Assembly: GCA_903864375.1 (NCBI GenBank)
Contig: CAIPFS010000574.1
Coordinates: 1-13,577, forward strand
Source of the DNA: an uncultured Verrucomicrobiota bacterium
GTDB lineage: Bacteria > Verrucomicrobiota > Verrucomicrobiia > Limisphaerales > UBA9464
Direction: 5' to 3'
Length of the DNA: 13,577 bases
How positions within the stretch are numbered: position 1 is the stretch's first letter; every line of letters starts with the position of its first letter. The notes beneath the pieces are model-generated. The model saw only the letters and a list, made by a program, of their open reading frames with translations, was not told the origin of the DNA and did no database searches. Positions 6,765 through 13,577 of the stretch are shown here, piece after piece. A program made the translations under genes and the position numbers.

Positions 6765-8561
6765 CTAAAAATTAACCGTTCCTTTTCCGGGGCTTCCCGG
6801 GTGCATTCCCGCTGCTTCCCGGCGCAACAGCAGTCCCAGCAATCCCTCCGCGAGCCCGCCGGCACCTCCTGAACCGTTGACCGCGACATCGGGAACAATG
6901 CGGACATTTCGATCGCCGACCACCTGCATGATCTGCAAAAGGGTATAGTTGTCACCACCGATGGATTCCACTCCAGCCCGATAGACCGCCGCCTTCGCAT
7001 CGCCGGTGGCACGAATGGCCTGGGCATCACCCAGGGACCGCAGGCGTGTCGCCTCGGCTTCGCCAGTGGCTTGTCGGATGAGCGAATCCGACTTGAGTTG
7101 TGCGATCCGGACTCCCTGCTCGGAGCTCACCATTTGAGATTGAATTTCTGCCAGGGATGTTTCCCGAACCAGCTGTTGCCGCTGTTTTTGGGCCGCTTCC
7201 TGAACTTCGTAGGTTTTGCGCTGTTCCTCCGCGATTTTCCTGTCCGTCTGCGTCTGCATCAGTTCATTGGGAGGATTGATGTCGCCGATCAGGGTGTCGA
7301 TCGCCTGAACATCGTACGCCGCCAAAGCGGCACGGATATGCGAGGCCGCCTCCTGCTGTCGTTCGCTTCGCGCCCCCAAAAAATCGAGGACGGTGTGATG
7401 TTGAGCAGAGTTTCGGAAATAATTACCGACAATCGGCTGGAGGACGTGGTCGACCAGGTTCTGCATCGAGCCGACGCGCGAAATGACCTTCGGCGCGTCC
7501 AACGCCCCGACGTGGATGATCTGGGAAACGTCGAGCGTGAAACTGAAGCCATCGCGTGACCGGACCGTGATCGGTGAGAGTTTGGCATCAAATCGATGGG
7601 CCTCCGTCCGAACCGCCCAATTCAAAACGATATTGGTCGTGGGGACCAATTCCGTCTTCATGATATGAGGGTTGATGGGATGTTTCCCTGGCGAGAGCGG
7701 TGTGACCCACACCCCTTTGTGACCCGGTTCCACCAGGTCCCCATGCTTGAACTCCGCTCCACTGACATCCCTGGCGGCAGTCCCGACATAAGAGACAACG
7801 ACTCCCACGTAACCGATGGGGATTTCCAGCATCGGCACCGGATCAATCTGGACAAACCACGGATTCAGATTCCAACTGCCGCTCAATAAAATCTGTTCCT
7901 GCAATCCGCGACTGCCCCCGCCGGAAAGGAATGCCTGCGCATCCTGGAAATTATCGTGCCCGGGAATCACCGGCCCGGCGATCTCGCCGGGTGAAATGGG
8001 TTGCCCGTCGAGTGTGGTTACAATGCCTACTGCCTCCGAAGCGATTTGCTGCACCAGAAGAGACGCCGGATTCAATCCAAAGTCCGACGCACGGTCCACC
8101 GTGATGATGGTGAACAAGGCGGTGTTGATCCGGTACGATCCGGCGGTAAGAAATCCCAGCTGCCGCCCGCGTTCTCCGCTGGCTTCAAGAAATTTCCGGG
8201 CGTCCTGAAAACTATCACAGGCAACCACCCTTCCGAGAATGCGTTCGGCAGGAATGGCGGCGCCGTCCGCTGCAACGACCAGGGCGATCTGCCCCGCAGG
8301 AACCTGTGTCATTGGGACCTTCTGAATCTTGTACTGCCATGGCCAGTAGCCAAAATAAATCCCCGGTGCCAGCGTATCCGCCTGGTAGCCGGCTTCTCCT
8401 TTGAGGGCGATGAGGCACCCGGGTGGCAATGTTCGCTGGGCGAACCGCTTGACGACGATACCCACCTGCCGTTCGCGGATAAGAACCAATCCAGAGATCC
8501 AAGGGGATGTGGCAACCGCAAGAAGAAGAGTTGCCAAGACCAACCACGTCACTGTTGTCAT
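6765..8561 (-). CDS. Flotillin-family / SPFH (band 7) membrane protein, YqiK-like. Two N-terminal repeat modules and a C-terminal Ala/Glu/Gln-rich coiled-coil flotillin region. 598 aa from ATG 8561; the track's ORF begins at GTG 8624.
   Basis: ORF track 6765..8624. ATG at 8561 gives MTTVTWLVLATLLLAVATSPWISGLVLI (N-terminal TM helix). An internal duplicated module reads VACDSFQDARKFLEASGERGRQLGFLTAGSYRINTALF then VIPGHDNFQDAQAFLSGGGSRGLQEQILLSGSWNLNPWF. SPFH core: ELVPTTNIVLNWAVRTEAHRFD...FTLDVSQIIHV...MQNLVDHVLQPIVGNYFRN. C-terminal repeats: KIAEEQRKTYEVQEAAQKQRQQL...GEAEATRLRSLGDAQAIRATGDAKAAVYRA. No NfeD-type partner gene is adjacent. Confidence 0.8.
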   Translation of the reverse strand: MTTVTWLVLATLLLAVATSPWISGLVLIRERQVGIVVKRFAQRTLPPGCLIALKGEAGYQADTLAPGIYFGYWPWQYKIQKVPMTQVPAGQIALVVAADGAAIPAERILGRVVACDSFQDARKFLEASGERGRQLGFLTAGSYRINTALFTIITVDRASDFGLNPASLLVQQIASEAVGIVTTLDGQPISPGEIAGPVIPGHDNFQDAQAFLSGGGSRGLQEQILLSGSWNLNPWFVQIDPVPMLEIPIGYVGVVVSYVGTAARDVSGAEFKHGDLVEPGHKGVWVTPLSPGKHPINPHIMKTELVPTTNIVLNWAVRTEAHRFDAKLSPITVRSRDGFSFTLDVSQIIHVGALDAPKVISRVGSMQNLVDHVLQPIVGNYFRNSAQHHTVLDFLGARSERQQEAASHIRAALAAYDVQAIDTLIGDINPPNELMQTQTDRKIAEEQRKTYEVQEAAQKQRQQLVRETSLAEIQSQMVSSEQGVRIAQLKSDSLIRQATGEAEATRLRSLGDAQAIRATGDAKAAVYRAGVESIGGDNYTLLQIMQVVGDRNVRIVPDVAVNGSGGAGGLAEGLLGLLLRREAAGMHPGSPGKGTVNF

Positions 8562-8692
8562 AAACGGACCTGACCCCGGACAGGGCGTCGTTGAACTGAA
8601 AGTCCTGACACCCGCCCAGATCACCCGAAGTATTCAGGTGATTTCGGAAACAGAGCTTGCAGGCCCAAAAGGCCGGTGGGCTCAGTCTGCCC

Positions 8693-10516
8693 TTACGTGG
8701 ATACGGTAGAACGGAAGCCGGTGCTGTCAAGAAGTGCCCAGGTTGGCCGGGGCGCCTCGAAGTGGACCCGCTCCCGCGTGAGCGGATGCCGGAACGCGAG
8801 TCGCCAGGCGTGCAGACACAGCGGAGGTGCATCCACCGGGAGCGTCATGGTTTCTCCCAGTTGCCCCCCCGGCAGGTACGCCGGGTCTCCTACAATCGAC
8901 AGACCCATGTGCCAGAGATGCACCCGGATTTGATGGGTTCGCCCGGTCCTGGGGCGGACTTCCAGCAGGCTCCTGCCGTCCGCAAATCTTTGAATCACCT
9001 GAAAGCACGTCCGCGATGCCAGCCCACCCTCGGTGTCGACCGTTCGTGAACCCAATTCCCCGGGTCCTGAACTGATGGGGGCCGTGCATTCAAAGAAATC
9101 TTCGGTTGGGCTTCCATGGACCAGAGCCAGATAGGCCTTCTCAACTGTTCCCTCTTCAAATTGAGGTTGTACCTGTCGGGCGAAGTGGCGTGTGCGCGTG
9201 CAAACCACCAATCCCGTGGTGTTGGCGTCCAGCCGGTGGGCCGCATGCGGCTTCTGAGGGGCATACATTCCCTCCAGCAGGAATTGCAGCGTGTTGCGAT
9301 TGTAGCGCCCCGCCGGGTGGATCGGAAGAGGGGCGGGCTTGTCGATCACCACCAACGCCTCATCCTCATGCAGGATGCGAATGCGGACGTTGACCGCGGG
9401 CTCCACGGTTCCCGGCAGCACGTGCACGTAAAATTCCCCGGCGCGAACACGGTGCTCGAGGGTCATCGGCATTCCCTCAGCATTCAGCATCCGCCCCTCT
9501 CCACACGCGGAAGCCCAATATTCCGTTCCGAGGTGGGGCAGGGCGCGTTGGGTGAAATCCCCCAGGGTCCAGCCATCGTATTTTCCGGGAATTTTAAGGC
9601 GCCGCCGGTTTTCGTAGGGACGCGACCCCGGCAGCGGGTCCGTCAACGCCATCAGCCGTTCCTCGCGAATCCGGATGTTCTCCCTCATCTGCTCGGCATT
9701 GCTCCGATGGCAATACGGGCACTGGTGGGGAGGCTGAAACCGCGGGTCGCGTTGCTCCTCGCTGGTCAGTGGCGACTGGCAGGCATGGCAGACCTCTGAA
9801 TCCGTCTCTCGCAGGGCCGGATCCACGCCCACCCGTTGATCGAAGACAAAACATTCCCCTCGATAATGTGCCGGGCCGCAATCCTCAAAGTACTTTAAAA
9901 TGCCACCCTCCAATTGATACACCTCCTGGAAGCCTTCGCGCTCCATGAGTGGCGCCGCCTTTTCACACCGGATTCCCCCGGTGCAAAACGTCACGATCGG
10001 CTGTCCCTTCAATTCCGGTGGCAGGCGGCGGACCGCCGCCGGAAAATCCCGAAAATGATCGATGCCCGCGGGAATCGCCCCCTCGAAGGTCCCGAGCTTC
10101 ACCTCGTAGTCATTGCGCGTGTCCAACAGGGTCACCGGACGTCCTTCGTCCAGCCACTGTTTGAGCGTCCGCGCCGAAAGCCGGGGGGATGTGTAGACCG
10201 CCGGCTCGATGCCTTCGACACCGAAGGCGATGATTTCCTTCTTGATGCGGACGAGCATCCGCCGGAACGGTTGATGGTCGCTCCAGCTGTATTTGGGTTC
10301 GAGTTTCTCCAGGCCGACCCGACCGCGCAGGTGCAGAACCAGGGATTCAACCCCCTCTTTCTCACCCGCCACAAACAGGTTGATGCCTTCGGGGCTGATC
10401 AGGATGGTCCCTTTCAGCCCGGCCTCACGGCATCGCGCGAGAAGTTGTTCGCGCAACGCTCGAAGCTCCGTCAGCACGGCAAAGCGATACGCCGCGGCAT
10501 TGAGAAACAGACTCAT
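8693..10516 (-). CDS. In-frame fusion of a tRNA U34 5-hydroxylase TrhO/YceA (UPF0176 rhodanese-like, N-terminal ~300 aa) with an RluA-family pseudouridine synthase (C-terminal ~300 aa). 607 aa.
   Basis: Single 607-codon ORF with no internal stop. TrhO part: MSLFLNAAAYRF..., YEVKLGTFEGAIPAGIDHFRDFP, IVTFCTGGIRCEKAAPLMEREGFQEVYQLEGGILKY, ECFVFDQRVGV, Cys/His cluster CHACQ...HQCPYCH. RluA part: ILHEDEALVVIDKPAPLPIHPAG, catalytic HRLDANTTGLVV, KAYLALVHG, TGRTHQIRVHLWHMGLSIVGDPAY, LCLHAWRLAFRHP. Each aligns residue-for-residue with the E. coli YceA and RluA motifs I recall. Confidence 0.85.
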   Translation of the reverse strand: MSLFLNAAAYRFAVLTELRALREQLLARCREAGLKGTILISPEGINLFVAGEKEGVESLVLHLRGRVGLEKLEPKYSWSDHQPFRRMLVRIKKEIIAFGVEGIEPAVYTSPRLSARTLKQWLDEGRPVTLLDTRNDYEVKLGTFEGAIPAGIDHFRDFPAAVRRLPPELKGQPIVTFCTGGIRCEKAAPLMEREGFQEVYQLEGGILKYFEDCGPAHYRGECFVFDQRVGVDPALRETDSEVCHACQSPLTSEEQRDPRFQPPHQCPYCHRSNAEQMRENIRIREERLMALTDPLPGSRPYENRRRLKIPGKYDGWTLGDFTQRALPHLGTEYWASACGEGRMLNAEGMPMTLEHRVRAGEFYVHVLPGTVEPAVNVRIRILHEDEALVVIDKPAPLPIHPAGRYNRNTLQFLLEGMYAPQKPHAAHRLDANTTGLVVCTRTRHFARQVQPQFEEGTVEKAYLALVHGSPTEDFFECTAPISSGPGELGSRTVDTEGGLASRTCFQVIQRFADGRSLLEVRPRTGRTHQIRVHLWHMGLSIVGDPAYLPGGQLGETMTLPVDAPPLCLHAWRLAFRHPLTRERVHFEAPRPTWALLDSTGFRSTVST

Positions 10517-10637
10517 CGTTCGCCAAAGGCTACCCCGATCGTCCCGTCGGGTCCACCGCCGGGGATGCTCCTTCCTCGCACCTCGCCCTGGGTCATTTCA
10601 GGCGCAACAAACGGCAGGCGATTTCGGCAACACGACA

Positions 10638-11027
10638 CTAGGCCGATTCCAGCACCACGTTGGTGTAAATCCGGTGCTCGCCGGTCCGGATGACGCCCAG
10701 CGCCTTCGGCACTCGTAATTTCAATGCGGAATGCGGCTCCAGGTGCAAGGGCGTGGCCCCGAGGGCCGCCCGAAATTCCTCAATCACCGATTCCGGATTG
10801 TGATGCAGAAATTCCCCGGCCATCCAGGCGGCCCCGGCGTTCCATTGGGTTAATACCGCCGCCAGCACCTGAGGCAGGGTGGGCACACCCATCACCAGAG
10901 ACAAATCGACCTCCACCAATCCAGGCCAGTGGGGAAACATCGAATCGGCGATGACCACCGTGTTCGTGTGTCGAACACGACTTAACAACGACAGGAGATG
11001 CGGATTGCAAATGCCGGAGCGTAACAT
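10638..11027 (-). CDS. RbsD/FucU family sugar mutarotase (D-ribose pyranase / L-fucose mutarotase-like), 129 aa. It is solitary, with no adjacent sugar transporter or kinase.
   Basis: MLRSGICNPHLLSLLSRVRHTNTVVIADSMFPHWPG..VEVDLSLVMGVPTLPQVLAAVL...EFLHHNPE...GVIRTGEHRIYTNVVL aligns closely with E. coli RbsD ([24 protein letters not shown]...IDMALTQGVPSFMQVLGVV...EEIKHHNPQ...AVIRSGECSPYANIIL), including the catalytic His of the GH/RH motif. Confidence 0.8.
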   Translation of the reverse strand: MLRSGICNPHLLSLLSRVRHTNTVVIADSMFPHWPGLVEVDLSLVMGVPTLPQVLAAVLTQWNAGAAWMAGEFLHHNPESVIEEFRAALGATPLHLEPHSALKLRVPKALGVIRTGEHRIYTNVVLESA

Positions 11028-11076
11028 GCCGCGAGACTGAACCAGCCCGTCGCCGGAGACAATTCACTCGTTGACG

Positions 11077-11093
11077 ATCGCGATATCCGGATA
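11077..11093. promoter_or_regulatory. Two overlapping perfect palindromes, ATCGCGAT (11077-11084) and TATCCGGATA (11084-11093), ~57-66 bp upstream of the rbsD-like start. Candidate operator.
   Basis: Read directly from the sequence. No regulator is inferred. Confidence 0.2.
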
Positions 11094-11177
11094 CTCGTGT
11101 GGCCTTAGGTGATTGAAACCCGATGCATTCATTCAAGGCGTCGCGCGGGAGGATCCTCCCTGTCACCCCACTCTGAC

Positions 11178-11618
11178 TCACCCCCAGCGTGGACTCATCA
11201 GGATCAGCCAGGTGATGATGAACACCCACGGGATCAGCAACGGGCCGCAATGCCCGAGCGCCACCGTCAGCAGGGATCCGTGGATCGGTGGAAGGCAGTC
11301 GGGAATTCGACCCTCGGAATGACGCTGCAAACGGCGCAGGGCAATGATCGCCCCGAGAATGCTGGGGTAGAGCAACATCCCGGACACCATCCCCGTCCAG
11401 GGAAGCAACGTGTATAAAACCCCGTTGAGACGGGCATAGACCGGGTTCACAAACAGGACCGGAGCGTTCAGGGTGATCGCAAAGGCGGTCAGCATGAAGG
11501 CCTGGGAACTCACCAGCCAGGAGAGCCGGTGGTTGATCAACTGGTCCTCGTGTTCGATTTCTCCTCGCAGGACCCGGTAAATCTCGAGTTGTGCCTGAGT
11601 CTTCGGATCAGTGCTCAT
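11178..11618 (-). CDS. Small (146 aa) predicted 3-TM integral membrane protein of unknown function. Its start overlaps the upstream NDH-2 stop by 11 nt; the track's ORF begins further upstream at 11807 in a frame overlapping NDH-2.
   Basis: The ATG at 11618 lies inside ...ACC CATG AGC ACT GA, the last codons of the NDH-2 ORF. Product MSTDPKTQAQLEIYRVLRGEIEHEDQLINHRLSWLVSSQAFMLTAFAITL... has three hydrophobic segments. It loosely resembles DUF202/YidH-type small membrane proteins, which is not verified. The first 63 codons of the track ORF overlap the NDH-2 coding frame and are unlikely to be translated. Confidence 0.5.
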   Translation of the reverse strand: MSTDPKTQAQLEIYRVLRGEIEHEDQLINHRLSWLVSSQAFMLTAFAITLNAPVLFVNPVYARLNGVLYTLLPWTGMVSGMLLYPSILGAIIALRRLQRHSEGRIPDCLPPIHGSLLTVALGHCGPLLIPWVFIITWLILMSPRWG

Positions 11619-13218
11619 GGGTTGCTGTGGTGCCACCAGGTCCGTTCCCCGCTTCCGCGTTTTGGAACAGGAGGCGGAATGCCGGGGTGAACTGGGAAAG
11701 GGTCTCGCGGATTTCGGAGCTGAGGGAAACCACGGTCGACGGTTCCGTTGCCACCGCGGAATAACGCCAACCCGATTCGTCTGCCCATGTCGGCTCAGCC
11801 AGAACATCGCCCTTCTTCAAGGTGCGAACGGTGACGTCCCCGTCCCGGATCTCAATCGACCCCGCCTTGACCAGATAGATCGAGCCCGCAGGGTCGCCCG
11901 GGTAAAACAGGGAATCGCCGGCCTCCAGATGCGCTTCCGGCAGCCGGCGACTGTGATCCGGGATGATCAGGCTGATGTCGCGCCGGAAGAAAAGATCGAG
12001 GGTCCAGGAAGCGATCACCTGAATCTTCCGTTCCCAGCCTGGAAGTTTGGACATATAGACCGTTCTCCAGAACCACCAGGCCAGAAAGCCCGAGAACTGG
12101 AAGCCGAGGACATCGGCGACCGCCGTCCGGTGACCGATCGAGGCGAGTTGACCCAAATTGGTGAATTCAAACGGGCGCAGTTCTTCACCCACGAAAATCC
12201 GCTCAAGATTGCGGGCAAGTTGAACGCCCTGGCGCAGGGCGAACTGGGCTGTGGGCGGGCTGCTGGGCTGATCGCCCACCGGGACGGCTGCGCAATCGCC
12301 CGCTGCCCAAAGATTGGCCTGCCCTTTCACCCGCATCGTGGGATCGGTGACGAGGCGTCCCTTGATGCTTTCCAGTCCGTACCGTTGCGCCAGGGCCAGG
12401 ACCAATGGGTGCGGAGCATTTCCCACGGTGGAAACCACGCTGCAGGTCTCGATACATTCGCCGCCGTCGAGAACCGCCTTGGTGGCGGTCATGGCCGTGA
12501 CCCGGGAGTTGAGCCGGATTTCCAAACCGCGCTGACGGAGTTGGTCCTCTGCATAGCGTCCAAGCGGTTCCCCAATGTCCGGCAGGAGGTAAGGTCCGCT
12601 ATGAATCAATACGACCCGCGATGGGTGGTCGACCAGGTTCTGGTACAGCCCTTTGACATCGGCGACGAGATCGAGAATCTGTCCCGCCGTTTCCACCCCC
12701 GAATAGCCACCACCCACCACCACAAAGGTGAGGAGCCGGCGGATGATGGCCGGGTCATCGGCCAGATTTGCCTCCTCCAGCCGGTGAATCAGCGTCCTCC
12801 GAAGATTCAGCGCATCTCCGACGTTCTTGAGGATGAGGCCGTGCTCGGGCATGCCCGGCACGCGGCTCAGGTCGACGACACCGCCAAGGGCGATCACCAG
12901 ATGGTTGTAGTGAACCGAGATGTTGGAGGTATAGACCCCGGCATCCAGCACGAGTCGGCGTTCCTCCAGGTGGATATCCCGGATTTTCCCCCTCAAGACA
13001 TTGGCGTTGCCGCAAAATTCCCGCAGCGGATTGACCACACTGAGCGGTGAAAGGGCGGCACCGGCCACTTCCGCCAGCATCGGTTGGAAGACCAGGATAT
13101 TCTGGTCGGCGATCAAGCCGACGCGCTGGCCGGCCTTGGCTCCCCAGGCACGGGAAAGTGTTCGGGCACAGTAGGCCCCGGCAAACCCGCCTCCGGCGAT
13201 GACAACGTCAAACTTCAT
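11608..13218 (-). CDS. ndh: Type II NADH dehydrogenase (NDH-2, FAD pyridine-nucleotide-disulfide oxidoreductase) with an added C-terminal cyclic-nucleotide-binding-like domain. 536 aa from ATG 13218; the track's ORF begins at 13275.
   Basis: MKFDVVIAGGGFAGAYCAR (FAD Rossmann fold), FVVVGGGYSGVETAGQI (second Rossmann fold), NLWAAGDCAAVP, and the C-terminal amphipathic membrane-anchor region WWFWRTVYMSKLPGWERKIQVIASWTLDLFF. An extra ~120 aa follows: HLEAGDSLFYPGDPAGSIYLVKAGSIEIRDGDVTVRTLKKGDVLAEP..., resembling a cNMP-binding beta-barrel. GGAAA lies 9-13 nt upstream of ATG 13218. Confidence 0.85.
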   Translation of the reverse strand: MKFDVVIAGGGFAGAYCARTLSRAWGAKAGQRVGLIADQNILVFQPMLAEVAGAALSPLSVVNPLREFCGNANVLRGKIRDIHLEERRLVLDAGVYTSNISVHYNHLVIALGGVVDLSRVPGMPEHGLILKNVGDALNLRRTLIHRLEEANLADDPAIIRRLLTFVVVGGGYSGVETAGQILDLVADVKGLYQNLVDHPSRVVLIHSGPYLLPDIGEPLGRYAEDQLRQRGLEIRLNSRVTAMTATKAVLDGGECIETCSVVSTVGNAPHPLVLALAQRYGLESIKGRLVTDPTMRVKGQANLWAAGDCAAVPVGDQPSSPPTAQFALRQGVQLARNLERIFVGEELRPFEFTNLGQLASIGHRTAVADVLGFQFSGFLAWWFWRTVYMSKLPGWERKIQVIASWTLDLFFRRDISLIIPDHSRRLPEAHLEAGDSLFYPGDPAGSIYLVKAGSIEIRDGDVTVRTLKKGDVLAEPTWADESGWRYSAVATEPSTVVSLSSEIRETLSQFTPAFRLLFQNAEAGNGPGGTTATHEH

Positions 13219-13324
13219 GGGTGCATTTCCAGCGATGACAACAGCCCGACGAAGCACCGGAGGACGTCCCACCATCGCAGGAGCGGTTTCTCATCGACCC
13301 CGGGGCCGTGGTGATTAAACGAAA

Positions 13325-13577
13325 CTACGGTTGCCAAGGCAACGAACGAAACGTTCCGACAATCGTGATCCAAACTAAGGGACAGGTCATCTGTCGGAAA
13401 TCCTCAGGACCAACGGCCTGCTGTTCCATTTGCAACGGTGTGGAAGGAATGGGTTCATAACGAGGCATATAGGGCACGGAGGCGAGGTAAGGCGGTGTGC
13501 CAGGGAAGCTTTGAGGCGATGGAGGAGCGGAGCCAGCGGAGGAGTTTGACGGAGAACTGGACGGGTTTAAGGAGGGT
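13325..13577 (-). CDS. Possible 3' end of a minus-strand gene entering from beyond the window end, or a spurious GC-rich ORF. 84 codons, Pro/Ser-rich with a short hydrophobic C-terminus.
   Basis: Own translation: PSLNPSSSPSNSSAGSAPPSPQSFPGTPPYLASVPYMPRYEPIPSTPLQMEQQAVGPEDFRQMTCPLVWITIVGTFRSLPWQP*, with stop at + 13325-13327. No recognisable domain; low complexity. Confidence 0.2.
   Translation of the reverse strand, partial: PSLNPSSSPSNSSAGSAPPSPQSFPGTPPYLASVPYMPRYEPIPSTPLQMEQQAVGPEDFRQMTCPLVWITIVGTFRSLPWQP

Noticed and set aside
8657-8680. Small hairpin GGCC-caaaa-GGCC between the TrhO-RluA stop and the flotillin start as a terminator
   Set aside because: The 4-bp stem has no U-tract on either strand.
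9116-10693. + strand ORFs 9116..9799 and 9914..10693 opposite the TrhO-RluA gene
   Set aside because: No domain signatures and Arg/Pro-rich. The minus strand encodes two well-conserved enzyme domains.
10780-11250. 156-aa minus-strand ORF overlapping the rbsD-like gene in another frame
   Set aside because: Overlaps a confidently identified gene and has no motifs. Likely spurious.
11611-13050. 479-aa + ORF opposite the NDH-2 gene
   Set aside because: The minus strand carries two Rossmann GxGxxG/A motifs and NDH-2 hallmarks. The + frame shows nothing recognisable.

Overview
High-GC (~60-65%) bacterial chromosomal window; the gene set fits a Verrucomicrobia/Planctomycetes-like genome but no taxon can be assigned from sequence alone. 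I can support nine protein-coding genes and no rRNA, tRNA, CRISPR or mobile element. All calls rest on motif recognition by eye; I could not run any search. (1) <1..1186 (-): a beta-CASP MBL-fold nuclease that runs off the window start and is absent from the ORF track; the 309-aa + ORF 53..982 is its antisense shadow. (2) 1314..2843 (+): a secreted GHL10/DUF187 glycosyl hydrolase, DigH/YddW-like. (3) 3185..6313 (+): class II adenosylcobalamin-dependent ribonucleotide reductase NrdJ, preceded by an AT-rich promoter with candidate NrdR boxes and a ~190-nt leader. (4-8) A co-directional minus-strand run: a type-II NADH dehydrogenase with a C-terminal cNMP-binding-like domain (13218..11608), a small 3-TM membrane protein whose ATG overlaps the upstream stop by 11 nt (11618..11178), an RbsD/FucU mutarotase (11027..10638), an in-frame fusion of a TrhO/YceA rhodanese tRNA U34 hydroxylase with an RluA-family pseudouridine synthase (10516..8693), and a YqiK/flotillin-like SPFH protein (8561..6765). 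(9) A partial Pro/Ser-rich ORF at the right edge (low confidence). nrdJ and the flotillin gene converge on a 450-bp non-coding region with a textbook bidirectional intrinsic terminator and about 240 nt of densely hairpinned RNA. The most unusual items are the TrhO-RluA fusion, the NDH-2::cNMP fusion with its coupled membrane partner, and that structured nrdJ 3' region. Most of the window is housekeeping and I do not see a clear novel multi-gene system.
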